Assembly (NCBI GenBank): GCA_000830295.1
Contig: CP010425.1
Location: 160,001 to 224,000 of the forward strand
Length of the DNA stretch: 64,000 bases
Source of the DNA: an archaeon GW2011_AR15
GTDB lineage: Archaea; Nanobdellota; Nanobdellia; Woesearchaeales; GW2011-AR15
Direction of reading: 5' to 3'
The notes under the pieces were generated by a model, which ran no database searches, was not told the DNA's origin, and saw only the letters and a program-made list of their open reading frames with translations. Both the position numbers and the translations under genes were made by a program. Shown piece after piece: positions 26,148-35,311 of the stretch. The number at the start of each line of letters is the position of its first letter. Position 1 is the stretch's first letter.

Positions 26148-26558
26148 ATGGTGGTATTATTCGACCAGTTCAACCTGCCTGAGGATATATTCGAAATAAT
26201 CTATGCTACAAAGCAGCAGGTCATAGTAGCAAAGCTCCTTGTCAGGCATATGAAAGAAAACAAGGGTGAAATCGGAAAGACAGAGATGTCTATGTTCGCC
26301 ACCCAGCTGCATGACGGCAATATGGTCACCCAGATTGATGACCCCGCCTACAAAGGGAAGAAAGTAAAGATATCATATAACAAAAGGCAGTTTTATGACA
26401 GAATCCTTACACCTATGAAGAGCATGGGGCTCATAGACTATGACCTATACAAAAAAACATATTCACTATCAGAAAAATTCAATAAAAACATGATGAGAGT
26501 AGGACTAATGTGGCTTCAGGAACTAAGAAAGCCTCCATTAGACTATAAATCAGGTTAA
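26148..26558 (+). CDS. Hypothetical protein (possible wHTH C-terminus)
   Basis: 136-aa ORF; QFYDRILTPMKSMGLIDY helix-wing-like pattern. Confidence 0.7.
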   Translation: MVVLFDQFNLPEDIFEIIYATKQQVIVAKLLVRHMKENKGEIGKTEMSMFATQLHDGNMVTQIDDPAYKGKKVKISYNKRQFYDRILTPMKSMGLIDYDLYKKTYSLSEKFNKNMMRVGLMWLQELRKPPLDYKSG

Positions 26559-26560
26559 CC

Positions 26561-26760
26561 AAGAGCTCCCCTTGCCTGAAAATTCTCAACCCCCTCCCCA
26601 AAAAGGAAGGGGAGCATCTTACCTTAATGAGCTATGGCTCATTAAGGTTCACAATGCTACTTAAGGAACTGAGAATCCTTAAGCTCACAAACGGCTCCCT
26701 ATTGCCAAGATTCTGATTATACCCCTCCCCAAAAATCCCAATAGGGAGCCATCCTTTTTT
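26561..26760 (+). ncRNA. Candidate structured RNA of four hairpins (A-B-C-D)
   Basis: Perfect stems of 9, 12, 8 and 12 bp; A and D loops share ATTCT...ACCCC(C)TCCCCAAAAA; B and C each followed by TCACAA; ends in a T-run. Confidence 0.55.
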
Positions 26761-26779
26761 CAGATTCAGATGTTGTTGC

Positions 26780-27211
26780 ATGGACAAGAAAACAAAGTTC
26801 AGAGAAGAGACTTCATCTGGAGTTATTATCTTCCATAATGATAAGTATCTGCTTCTCCAGTATTCAAAAGGCCACTGGGATTTCCCGAAGGGCCATGTTG
26901 AGAAAAATGAATCATTAGAGGAGACTGCCGTCAGGGAGACAAAAGAAGAGACAAACCTTGACGTGGAAATAATCCCGGAGTTTAAAGAAGAAATCTCCTA
27001 TAAATTCAGGGACCGGGATAAGAAGCTCATAAAGAAAAAAGTGTATTTTTTCGCCGGAAAGCCGTTAAATGATGATGTAAGGCTCTCCTTTGAGCATAAG
27101 AGCTACGGATGGTTCCAGTATGAGAAAGCTATTGAGAAGCTGACATACAAAAATGCCAAGAAAATACTGGAGAAAGCGCACAAATTTATCCTTTCTTTGC
27201 CTTATCGCTGA
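26780..27211 (+). CDS. NUDIX hydrolase (Ap4A hydrolase-like)
   Basis: GHWDFPKGHVE..ES..ETAVRE.KEET.L Nudix box; LSFEH. Confidence 0.92.
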   Translation: MDKKTKFREETSSGVIIFHNDKYLLLQYSKGHWDFPKGHVEKNESLEETAVRETKEETNLDVEIIPEFKEEISYKFRDRDKKLIKKKVYFFAGKPLNDDVRLSFEHKSYGWFQYEKAIEKLTYKNAKKILEKAHKFILSLPYR

Positions 27212-27704
27212 TGATTGCTGAATTTCCTGTGGGGTCTTCTATCACCAAGGTTATTTTCTCCCTGCCCCATAACACCCTCTGTATCTTCTTCAGCTGGTTC
27301 TTTGCCTTTCTTCTTATGGCAGGATCCTCATCATCCTTTTTCGCTTCAATGACATTTTTTATCCTGCTCAGGATTCCCTCCACATTTGTTATGTAGCCGC
27401 TTGACATTGGGCCCGGAGAGATGTCAGCAAGCCTTGGTATCCTGACTGTAGCCTGGCTGGACTTCACTACCTTTATATTCAGGTCATTTTCCGATTCAAT
27501 TTCAAGAGTATATTTTACCGGCTCGTTGTTATTGCTGTCGGTTTCTACATCAGCCATATGGTAGTCGCATTCATTGCAGTCCATGGAAAAGATATAGCAA
27601 AGCCCGAAAAATGGTATTTCCCTGCTCATTTCCCTTAGAGTAAGGCTGTTTTTGCCGCATACCGGGCATGGCTGGCCTTCCAGCACCTCAGAATCATTTT
27701 CCAT
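27186..27704 (-). CDS. ZPR1 zinc finger protein
   Basis: CPVCG, IPFFG, C.EC.Y, VVKS, ITNVEG, IEDPTGNS. Confidence 0.95.
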   Translation of the reverse strand: MENDSEVLEGQPCPVCGKNSLTLREMSREIPFFGLCYIFSMDCNECDYHMADVETDSNNNEPVKYTLEIESENDLNIKVVKSSQATVRIPRLADISPGPMSSGYITNVEGILSRIKNVIEAKKDDEDPAIRRKAKNQLKKIQRVLWGREKITLVIEDPTGNSAIISDKAKKG

Positions 27705-27788
27705 AGCCCAAAAAAATTCAACTATCCTTTTAAAGTTTTTTATTCGCCTAACAAAAAGTTTTTAAATCAACATCAAATTCAGAACCAC

Positions 27789-28583
27789 ATGGCTACAGAA
27801 AAGGTAGATGTCCTGGTTGAAGGAGGCAAAGCAACTGCTGCACCTCCATTAGGACCAGCTCTTGGACCAATGGGAGTCAACATAGGCCAGGTTGTCTTGG
27901 AGATCAACAAAAAGACACAGGATTTCAAGGGAATGTCAGTCCCTGTAACAGTTACAATAGACAAAGCCACAAAAGCATTCACTATTTCTGTCGGAACTCC
28001 TCCTGCATCACAGCTTATAATAAAAGAGGCAGGCATTCCAAAAGGCTCAGGTAACCCCAACACTGATTATGTTGCAGACCTCAAGATGGAGCAGATAATC
28101 AAGATATCACAGATGAAAAAAGATTCTCTCCTGGGAAAAACAAACAAGGACAGAGTAAAAGAAGTTATGGGAACATGCCAGTCCATGGGGATCATGGTGG
28201 AAGGAAAGCCTGCCAAGGAAACATTTAAAGAACTTCTTACAGGAAAATACGATAAGAAAATTCAGGAAGGAAAGACAGAGCTTAGTGCAGAAGAGCTTAA
28301 AGAGCTGGAAGAAGAGAGGAAAAAGCTTCAGAAGGAGCTACAGGAGAAGCGTGAAGAGTTCATGGCCAAGGCTAAGAAAGTTATGGACGCTAATGTCGGA
28401 AAAGAGAGAAAAGAGCTTGTTGCCCTGATGACAGAAGCCGGCCTGCCAATCCAGATAATCAATGAAGTTCTTCCTGAAGAGGAAAAGAAACCTGAAGCCG
28501 GAGGCGCTCCTGGTACTGGTGCAGGTCCTGCCAAAGAAGCTGCCAAGCCTGCTGCTGGCGCCAAAGAGCCTGCCAAGAAATAA
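27789..28583 (+). CDS. rpl11: 50S ribosomal protein uL11 with long C-terminal extension
   Basis: GGKATAAPPLGPALGP, PPASQLI, GTCQSMG; about 100 extra C-terminal residues. Confidence 0.95.
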   Translation: MATEKVDVLVEGGKATAAPPLGPALGPMGVNIGQVVLEINKKTQDFKGMSVPVTVTIDKATKAFTISVGTPPASQLIIKEAGIPKGSGNPNTDYVADLKMEQIIKISQMKKDSLLGKTNKDRVKEVMGTCQSMGIMVEGKPAKETFKELLTGKYDKKIQEGKTELSAEELKELEEERKKLQKELQEKREEFMAKAKKVMDANVGKERKELVALMTEAGLPIQIINEVLPEEEKKPEAGGAPGTGAGPAKEAAKPAAGAKEPAKK

Positions 28584-28584
28584 A

Positions 28585-29037
28585 TTATTTTCTAAACCCT
28601 TCTTTTACTGATTTCATAACCAAGCCTATTGAATAGCTTATAACCGGAACTGATGCAAGAAACAGAAAGGGCTGATAAAATGCCATTGTTGCAATCTTAA
28701 ACGAGACAGCACCTATAGCAAGGCCAGATATTCCGCTCACGACTGCCTTCCTCTTATCGCTAATATGGTACACCCTTTTCACATCTGAGGATAGTATTTG
28801 CTCAAGTCTGTGCTTTTCATCTCCATTCTCAAGATAAAACCCGGTGTAATCCTCTATATTACCATATCTTAGAAACCCTTCTTTCTCTGACACCCTGACC
28901 CATCTGTCCAGGCTTTTATTCAGTGAAATAGAGTCTGAGATAGCATGATAAGCATCATAGCCGAATTTCACAGTGCCAACCATGGATTCTGCAAGAGCAT
29001 CAATGCTCAGCGGATCCTCTTCATCCATAGAACTCAT
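28585..29037 (-). CDS. Hypothetical protein with two C-terminal TM helices
   Basis: 150-aa ORF. Confidence 0.6.
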   Translation of the reverse strand: MSSMDEEDPLSIDALAESMVGTVKFGYDAYHAISDSISLNKSLDRWVRVSEKEGFLRYGNIEDYTGFYLENGDEKHRLEQILSSDVKRVYHISDKRKAVVSGISGLAIGAVSFKIATMAFYQPFLFLASVPVISYSIGLVMKSVKEGFRK

Positions 29038-29042
29038 TAATG

Positions 29043-29375
29043 TTACTCATTATATATAAAAACACTCTTTTCGTCTCTTGCCAGCTGGTTGAATCTCATC
29101 AGAAGTATATCATAGACGAATCTTATTTCTGTCTCATTAAATACAAGGTTAAGCACTTCCTCATACTCGTCCTGTTTATACTCAAGAATTACTTTTTCCC
29201 TGCCCTGGCTGAAAATATAGCTCCTGAATGTCTGCTCCTTGCTTGTCAGGGCCAGAAGAGGCATCTTCGAAAAGCCGATATTCATTAAGTAGGTCTGCGC
29301 CTCCTTGTACATGCTGCTTAAGCTGGACCCTGTGCTTTTAACTGCCTTCACTGAAATTTGCTTCGCCATTGGCAT
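29043..29375 (-). CDS. Hypothetical protein
   Basis: 110-aa ORF with TATA box upstream. Confidence 0.6.
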   Translation of the reverse strand: MPMAKQISVKAVKSTGSSLSSMYKEAQTYLMNIGFSKMPLLALTSKEQTFRSYIFSQGREKVILEYKQDEYEEVLNLVFNETEIRFVYDILLMRFNQLARDEKSVFIYNE

Positions 29376-29467
29376 GATTATAGCTAACTAGTATATAAAT
29401 CTTTTTAATTTTACTACTATGCAGTGGTTTAGAAAAGTATATATAGTTTTCAGGCTGAAATATCGTC

Positions 29468-29734
29468 ATGAAGAAGCAGAATAAGAAGCATAATCTTCTT
29501 AATGGCCAGAAAGTCGGACTTGCTTTGGGTTTGATATCCGGGATTTATTTCGGGCTTCTCGGTCTGACAGCAACCTATCTAAACTGGGGTTCTGCTCTTG
29601 TCAGGACTTTAGGATCAGTTTATATCGGGTATGATGTTTCCCTGAAAGGCGCGCTTATAGGCGTATTGTGGGGATTCCTGGATGCATTTATTATAGGGTA
29701 TTTGTTCTGCTGGGTGTACAATAAGCTTAATTAA
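29468..29734 (+). CDS. Small two-TM membrane protein (holin-like family)
   Basis: GLALG...WG..LV..LGSVYIGY..S..GA.IG..WGFLDAFI.GYLF.WVYN. Confidence 0.7.
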   Translation: MKKQNKKHNLLNGQKVGLALGLISGIYFGLLGLTATYLNWGSALVRTLGSVYIGYDVSLKGALIGVLWGFLDAFIIGYLFCWVYNKLN

Positions 29735-29749
29735 TTATCTTCTAGAAAG

Positions 29750-30337
29750 TCAGGCTATCAAAGCAACAAGCGGTCTGGCAAGTGTGAGATAGTATAATAT
29801 CAGCATAGCAAACTCAACACCATCTTCTGTAATAAGCTCTGCTATTGGTGTTCCTGCACCCATTCCAAGGACCATTGTTGCAATTGCCTGGAATACTGCA
29901 AGGCCAAGGCCAAGAGTGACTATAGGGACTCCTGTAAGCAGTGAAGCAATGAGACAATTTACTATATATACAGCTCCCGTAATTATCATCTCCACATCAG
30001 CATGACCTGCCAGCACTTCTGCCAACACATGGGCTATCAGGACCATAAATATCCCATACTTGAATCCAAGCGTATAGCTGAATATGACTGCAAGGAAAGA
30101 AACATGGCCAAGGTGAAGGTGGATATTTGAAACATGGATAAAATAGTTTAGAACGGCTGCAGCTGCTGCTATTATAATGAATAGGATAAATGCCTTAAAG
30201 CCGAGGAGCAAAAGAAGGACCAGCACCGCTGCTATCACCATAACCACCTGCTTATTCTGCAGCTGCTGCATTAATCCTGTGCTTTTTTTCCTGGTTTGGC
30301 TATGCATGCGCCTCTGGTGAGTATGTTTAGCCTGCAT
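29750..30337 (-). CDS. Uncharacterised multi-TM protein, paralog of 8096-8644
   Basis: About 6 TM; IHLHLGHVSFL...GFKYGI; several His/Glu in TM segments. Confidence 0.75.
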   Translation of the reverse strand: MQAKHTHQRRMHSQTRKKSTGLMQQLQNKQVVMVIAAVLVLLLLLGFKAFILFIIIAAAAAVLNYFIHVSNIHLHLGHVSFLAVIFSYTLGFKYGIFMVLIAHVLAEVLAGHADVEMIITGAVYIVNCLIASLLTGVPIVTLGLGLAVFQAIATMVLGMGAGTPIAELITEDGVEFAMLILYYLTLARPLVALIA

Positions 30338-30340
30338 TTA

Positions 30341-30356
30341 GTTTGGGAGTCCGAAC
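30341..30356 (-). promoter_or_regulatory. Putative DtxR/MntR operator
   Basis: Minus strand TTTAAAT-GAAA-GTTCGGACTCCCAAAC-TAA-ATG; 13/16 identical to the box at 7213-7228. Confidence 0.65.
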
Positions 30357-30376
30357 TTTCATTTAAATATTTCGAT

Positions 30377-30790
30377 TTAAAGACCTTTTTCCATCAGCTT
30401 GAGAAGTATATTCAGCTTTGCTATTGACTCATCAGAAAATGCATGTTCAAGGTTGCAGGCCTCATCATGCACTGTTTCAGGAGATATCTTCAGTATGTCC
30501 TTCAGGAAATGCTTTATTACGAGATATTTCCTCACGACATTTTTTGCATGCTCCAGCCCTTTATCAGTCAAAGTTATTTTTCCATAAGACTCGTATTGTA
30601 TATATCCTTCATCAACAAGCTTCTTCAGCATCTCTGAAACTGAGCCTTTGGATATCCCGAGCTCTTTCACCACATCGACCGGCTTCGGGTCTTCCCCAGT
30701 CTCCTCTTTCAGAAGAAATATTATCTTAAGATACATCTCTGTAGAAATCTTATGCTTCTGCTCAACATGGAGTTTCTCTGGATTGGTCAT
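30377..30790 (-). CDS. DtxR/MntR family metal-dependent repressor
   Basis: EMYLKII, LGISKGSVSEMLKKL, Y..ITLT.KG, EACNLEH. Confidence 0.93.
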   Translation of the reverse strand: MTNPEKLHVEQKHKISTEMYLKIIFLLKEETGEDPKPVDVVKELGISKGSVSEMLKKLVDEGYIQYESYGKITLTDKGLEHAKNVVRKYLVIKHFLKDILKISPETVHDEACNLEHAFSDESIAKLNILLKLMEKGL

Positions 30791-31155
30791 TTATATTTCT
30801 CCGGATCGATCCCAATTGCCTTTATGCTGCACTCCTGCAGCACCTGTATCCTTTTTTTCTTCAGCTTTCTTATTATCTCGTCGCTTTCAGAACCTGGATT
30901 AAGATAGACTTTCTTTATCTTCTTCTTTATTATGTCATCGGCAACTTTTATCCCAAGCGCGGGCGGGAGGTATATTGATGCCGCATCAATATCAAGCGGA
31001 ATCTCAAAAACCGAGTTATAGCATGCCAGCCCTTCAATTTCTCTCTCATTCGGATTTACTGGAAAGACAACATGGTGGTTTTCCTTATATGCCCTTACTG
31101 CCTTGTTGCTAAATTTTTCCCTGTTCTTTGAAGCCCCTATAATTGCTATCCTCAT
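30787..31155 (-). CDS. CoA-binding protein (YccU-like)
   Basis: IAIIGAS..REKFSNKAV, VFPVNP, LNPGSES, ECS. Confidence 0.9.
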   Translation of the reverse strand: MRIAIIGASKNREKFSNKAVRAYKENHHVVFPVNPNEREIEGLACYNSVFEIPLDIDAASIYLPPALGIKVADDIIKKKIKKVYLNPGSESDEIIRKLKKKRIQVLQECSIKAIGIDPEKYK

Positions 31156-31199
31156 TATGTGGCGAAGGTTGCGAGCATTATTAAATCTTTTCTATAAGT

Positions 31200-32429
31200 C
31201 TATAGATTTCCTCTTAGTTTTTCAGCTGCAAGTATCCTGCTTATTGCAAGTATGTATGCTCCTGTCCTCATTGTTGTTTTGTATTTCTTAGCTGAATCAA
31301 AGATATCCCTTGCGGATTTTACCATTATTCTCTCCAGCTTTTCAAGTATTTCAGGCTCTTCCCAGTAATAGCTGTAAAGGTTCTGGACCCATTCGAAATA
31401 GCTTACAGTGACTCCGCCGGCATTTGCCAGTACATCAGGAAGCACTGCTGTCTTTTTCTTTGCAAGTATATCATCTGCTTCCGGTGTCAGCGGACCGTTT
31501 GCCAGCTCAAGTATGACTTTGGCTTTTATCCTGTCTGCGTTTTCTTTTGTGATCTGGTTTTCAAGAGCAGCGGGCACAAGGATATCCACATCAAGCTCAA
31601 GCAGCTGCTCATTGGAAATCTCAGCTGCAAACCCTTTTACAGCCCCTGTTTTTTCTTTATGCTCCAGCAATGATTTTATATTGAGGCCGTTTTTATCATA
31701 AACCCCTCCCCTGCTGTCGCTCACTGCAACAATCTTATATCCCCAGCCTTCAAGTATTTCCGCTATATGGCTGCCTGCATTTCCGAATCCCTGCACTGCA
31801 ACAGTTGTTTTTTCAGGGATAATATTGTGAAGCTTTGCGTATTCCCTCAGGACATATGCGCCTCCCTGTGATGTGGCAAATGACCTGCCTTTAGAGCCTC
31901 CAAGCTCAAGAGGCTTTCCTGTTATGACTCCTGGAGAATGCTCCCCTGTGAGCTTCTCATATTCATCCAGCATCCATGCCATTATCTGGGCATTTGTGTA
32001 GACATCCGGGGCAGGTATGTCTTTCATAGGCCCTATCTCCCTGTAAATTGCCTTTATGAATGCCCTTGACAGTCTCTCAAGCTCTTTTTCAGAAAGCTCT
32101 TTGGGGTTTACAGCAATCCCTCCCTTTGCCCCTCCATAGGGTATATCCACCACAGCACATTTAATAGCCATCCAGAAACCCAGGCTTTTGACTTCTCCTA
32201 GGGTTACATTAGGATGGTATCTTATGCCTCCCTTTGTCGGCCCCCTTGCATCATTATATTGTACCCTATAGGACTGAAATGCCTTTGCCTTGCCGGAATC
32301 CATTTCAATCTCGAGATTTTCTTCAATTATCCTCTTTGGTGTAAGAAGAAGCCTCATTTCTTTGTCTGAAAGTTTCATTATGCTGTTGATTTGAGAAAGC
32401 TGTTTTTTTACATTGTCAAATACATCCAT
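31200..32429 (-). CDS. gdhA: Glutamate dehydrogenase (Glu/Leu/Phe/Val family)
   Basis: RGPTKGGIRYHP, PYGGAKGG, DIPAPDV, QGFGNAG, NAGGVTVSYFEW. Confidence 0.95.
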   Translation of the reverse strand: MDVFDNVKKQLSQINSIMKLSDKEMRLLLTPKRIIEENLEIEMDSGKAKAFQSYRVQYNDARGPTKGGIRYHPNVTLGEVKSLGFWMAIKCAVVDIPYGGAKGGIAVNPKELSEKELERLSRAFIKAIYREIGPMKDIPAPDVYTNAQIMAWMLDEYEKLTGEHSPGVITGKPLELGGSKGRSFATSQGGAYVLREYAKLHNIIPEKTTVAVQGFGNAGSHIAEILEGWGYKIVAVSDSRGGVYDKNGLNIKSLLEHKEKTGAVKGFAAEISNEQLLELDVDILVPAALENQITKENADRIKAKVILELANGPLTPEADDILAKKKTAVLPDVLANAGGVTVSYFEWVQNLYSYYWEEPEILEKLERIMVKSARDIFDSAKKYKTTMRTGAYILAISRILAAEKLRGNL

Positions 32430-32476
32430 GCTATCACCATATATGAAGATTAAGTGCTGATTTATAAATTTTATAT

Positions 32477-34219
32477 CTAACTGATGAAGAAGTTCATCAG
32501 TGTTATCATTATGGCAAGCACAGGTGCGCAGATCAGGGCAACTGATAGCCCTGTCTTTACCATCTCGCCCCTTTCAACTTTGCCTGTTCCGTAAATCAGC
32601 GAGAAAGAAGGCATAGCTATAGGTGTAAGAGCTGCTGCTGCTGTAGCCATTGCTGCTGTCATTACAAGAAGCCTTTGGCTTATATCAAAGTGCTGCGATA
32701 TCTCCATAAGCACAGGAACAAGTATGATTGTCGCTGAGGAGTTATTGACAAAATTAGCCAGCACCATGGCAATGATAACGATTACAAGTATCACAATAAA
32801 AATTGGCATCCAGTATATTGAAGCAAAAAGCTTGTCTGCCAGCAGGGAGGCTGTACCTGTATCTATGAATACCTGCCCAAGCGTGAGCCCTCCTCCTACA
32901 AGTAAAAATATTTCCCATGGAATCCTCCTGACATCATCCCATTCCAGCACCCTGAATGAGAACAGCAGTATAGCTGCAGAAAGTCCTATTATCTCTGTCC
33001 TGTAGAATGCAGGAGGTATATTAAAAAAACTGCTGATTTGCCCTCCGAAAAGCCAGAGGAATATTGTTGGAATAAATATCATCAAAAGCTTCCTTTGGTT
33101 GTATGTGAACCTCGTTTTCTGGGCTGCCTCTTTTATTATCCCTATATCAATTTTCTCATCATCGAGTCTGTATATCTTCAGCATGGTAAAATACAGTATG
33201 ATGAAAAGGACTACTGATATCGGAAAACCTATTACAAACCAGTCTAGAAAGTCAAATTGTGTTGAAGTTCTCAGGAAGGATGCTGTTATGGCATTGGCAT
33301 TACCCCCAAGTATGGATGCCAGGCCGCCTATGGATGATGCAAATCCTGCGCTCAGCAGAAACATTGAAGTATGGTCTTTCCCGCCGTTATGCCCGACTTC
33401 GCCTGATATTGTAAGTATAACCGGGATCAGCAGGGCTATTGTTGCTGTATTTGACATCCACATGCCAAAAATCGCTGTAACAAACATAAGGTAGAAGAGG
33501 AGCATCTTTAGTCTCCCTTTGGATAGAGAGAGCACCTTTACAGCTATAAGCTTGTCAAGCTCGCTCTTCCTGAATGCCTGGGCGATTATAAGGCCTGAAA
33601 GAAGCAGGTAAATCATGGGATTGGAGAAGCCTATGAAGGGGTTTTCACCTCCTGAAATCCCCAGCACAACAGAGAGCACAGGAATAAGGAGAGCAGTCAC
33701 TATCATGCTTATTGACTCCAGTGCCCAAAGCATTGAAATGCATATGAAAAGCGCCAATGCGTTTCTTATCTGCGGCTCAACATCTATCGGCATCTTGAGA
33801 ACAATTGCCATCAGGATAAAAGGGATAAATAATCTAATGTACTTCTTAAGTTTGTCCGGAAGCCAGCTGAAAAAGAAATCATGCGTGATCTTCTGCTCAA
33901 TGCCGACAAAATAATGGAATCCGTGGCCAAGCAAATCTCCAGTCTTTTTTACTGTCTTCGGCTGCTCGCTGGGCTTTACCAGTTTCCTTACTTCTATGCC
34001 TTTTGTTATATCATGCTCTACTTCATGGAGCTCCTTTATGTCCTGCGAATGCTTCTCTTCTTCCTGCAAAGGCTCTTTTTCCTTCGGCTTCTCTTTTGCG
34101 GTCTTATTCACAAGGTTCTCAGCAATAAAAGCATGCTCTTCCTCTTCAGAAGTCCCGGGAGTAATACCCTCTCTCTTTTTGTTATCAGCCTTTTGCTGCT
34201 TGCTTTTTTTAGAACCCAT
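32477..34219 (-). CDS. DASS/SLC13 anion symporter with hydrophilic N-terminal extension
   Basis: MWMSNTAT, ASSIGG...GGNAN, WEIFLLVGGGL, NNSSAT. Confidence 0.9.
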   Translation of the reverse strand: MGSKKSKQQKADNKKREGITPGTSEEEEHAFIAENLVNKTAKEKPKEKEPLQEEEKHSQDIKELHEVEHDITKGIEVRKLVKPSEQPKTVKKTGDLLGHGFHYFVGIEQKITHDFFFSWLPDKLKKYIRLFIPFILMAIVLKMPIDVEPQIRNALALFICISMLWALESISMIVTALLIPVLSVVLGISGGENPFIGFSNPMIYLLLSGLIIAQAFRKSELDKLIAVKVLSLSKGRLKMLLFYLMFVTAIFGMWMSNTATIALLIPVILTISGEVGHNGGKDHTSMFLLSAGFASSIGGLASILGGNANAITASFLRTSTQFDFLDWFVIGFPISVVLFIILYFTMLKIYRLDDEKIDIGIIKEAAQKTRFTYNQRKLLMIFIPTIFLWLFGGQISSFFNIPPAFYRTEIIGLSAAILLFSFRVLEWDDVRRIPWEIFLLVGGGLTLGQVFIDTGTASLLADKLFASIYWMPIFIVILVIVIIAMVLANFVNNSSATIILVPVLMEISQHFDISQRLLVMTAAMATAAAALTPIAMPSFSLIYGTGKVERGEMVKTGLSVALICAPVLAIMITLMNFFIS

Positions 34220-34266
34220 AGGAGAATTATAACTCAGGCACACATATTTATATTTTTAGTTTGGGT

Positions 34267-35268
34267 TTACAGCATCCTGGTCAGGAGATCAACAATTCTG
34301 CTGCTATACCCCCATTCATTATCATACCATGCAATCACTTTCAGGAACCTGCTACCTATCATCATTGTTGAGCCGGCATCAAATACAGCAGAATATGAGC
34401 TACCTATTATGTCTGAGCTGACAAGCGGCTCTTCTGAATACTGGAGTATGCCTTTCAGCCTTGATGAAGCTGCGGCTTTCTTAAACAGCTTATTGACCTT
34501 CTCTGCTGTTGTCCCTTTTTTCAGCACACAGACAAAATCAGTTATAGAGCCGCAGGGCGTCGGGGCCCTTATAGCCATGCCGCTAAGCTTCCCTTTAAGC
34601 TCGGGTATGGTTTCAGTGACTGCTGTTGCCGCTCCTGTTGTTGTTGGTATCAGGTTTAGTGCAGCTGCCCTGCCCCTTCTCAGGTCCTTGTGAGGAAGGT
34701 CAAGAATCACCTGGTCATTTGTATAAGAGTGGACAGTAGTCATAAGCCCGTGCTCAATGCCGTAAGCATCGTTCAATACTTTGACCACCGGAGCAAGGCA
34801 GTTTGTTGTGCAGGATGCATTGCTTATTATATGATCTTTTTTCTTATTGTACATTTCTTCATTGACGCCAAGGACTATTGTCTTTATCCTGTCCTCGCCT
34901 TTGCACGGAGCGCTGAGTATAACTTTTTTTGCGCCTGCCTCAATATGCCTTGATGCTAACTCTTTTGTCCTGAAAAACCCTGTTGATTCTACAACGATAT
35001 CAACTTTCAGCTTCTTCCATGGCAGCTTCTGCGGCTCTTTCTCGCTTAACACAAGGATTTTCTTGCCATCTGCAATAAGATTGCTCTTGTCATGGCCTAC
35101 CTCTCCCTTATACCCGCCATGGACTGAGTCGTGCTTTAGGAGATATGCAAGGGTCTCAACATTTGTAAGGTCATTTACCGCAACAAAATTCAGCTTAGGG
35201 TTTTTCAGGCCTATTCTCAATACTTGCCTTCCTATCCTTCCAAACCCATTTATAGCTACGTTTACCAT
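34267..35268 (-). CDS. gap: Type I (bacterial-type) glyceraldehyde-3-phosphate dehydrogenase
   Basis: INGFGRIGR, SNASCTTNCL, WYDNEWGYS. Confidence 0.97.
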   Translation of the reverse strand: MVNVAINGFGRIGRQVLRIGLKNPKLNFVAVNDLTNVETLAYLLKHDSVHGGYKGEVGHDKSNLIADGKKILVLSEKEPQKLPWKKLKVDIVVESTGFFRTKELASRHIEAGAKKVILSAPCKGEDRIKTIVLGVNEEMYNKKKDHIISNASCTTNCLAPVVKVLNDAYGIEHGLMTTVHSYTNDQVILDLPHKDLRRGRAAALNLIPTTTGAATAVTETIPELKGKLSGMAIRAPTPCGSITDFVCVLKKGTTAEKVNKLFKKAAASSRLKGILQYSEEPLVSSDIIGSSYSAVFDAGSTMMIGSRFLKVIAWYDNEWGYSSRIVDLLTRML

Positions 35269-35311
35269 CTTCTGAATAGATATCTATCCTGAGCTTAATA
35301 AATTTTATGGC

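Noticed and set aside
26561-26760. Possible CRISPR mini-array or H/ACA guide RNA
   Set aside because: Repeats are not identical or regularly spaced and there are no cas genes; the hairpins followed by ACA lack pseudouridylation pockets and clear K-turns
29468-29734. Holin-like gene as prophage evidence
   Set aside because: No integrase, capsid, terminase or lysin nearby; flanked by housekeeping genes
33881-34693. 270-aa plus-strand ORF
   Set aside because: Antisense shadow of gap and the DASS transporter; no motifs. The same applies to the many antisense ORFs over ftsZ, ppsA, XPD, cysS and the coiled-coil gene
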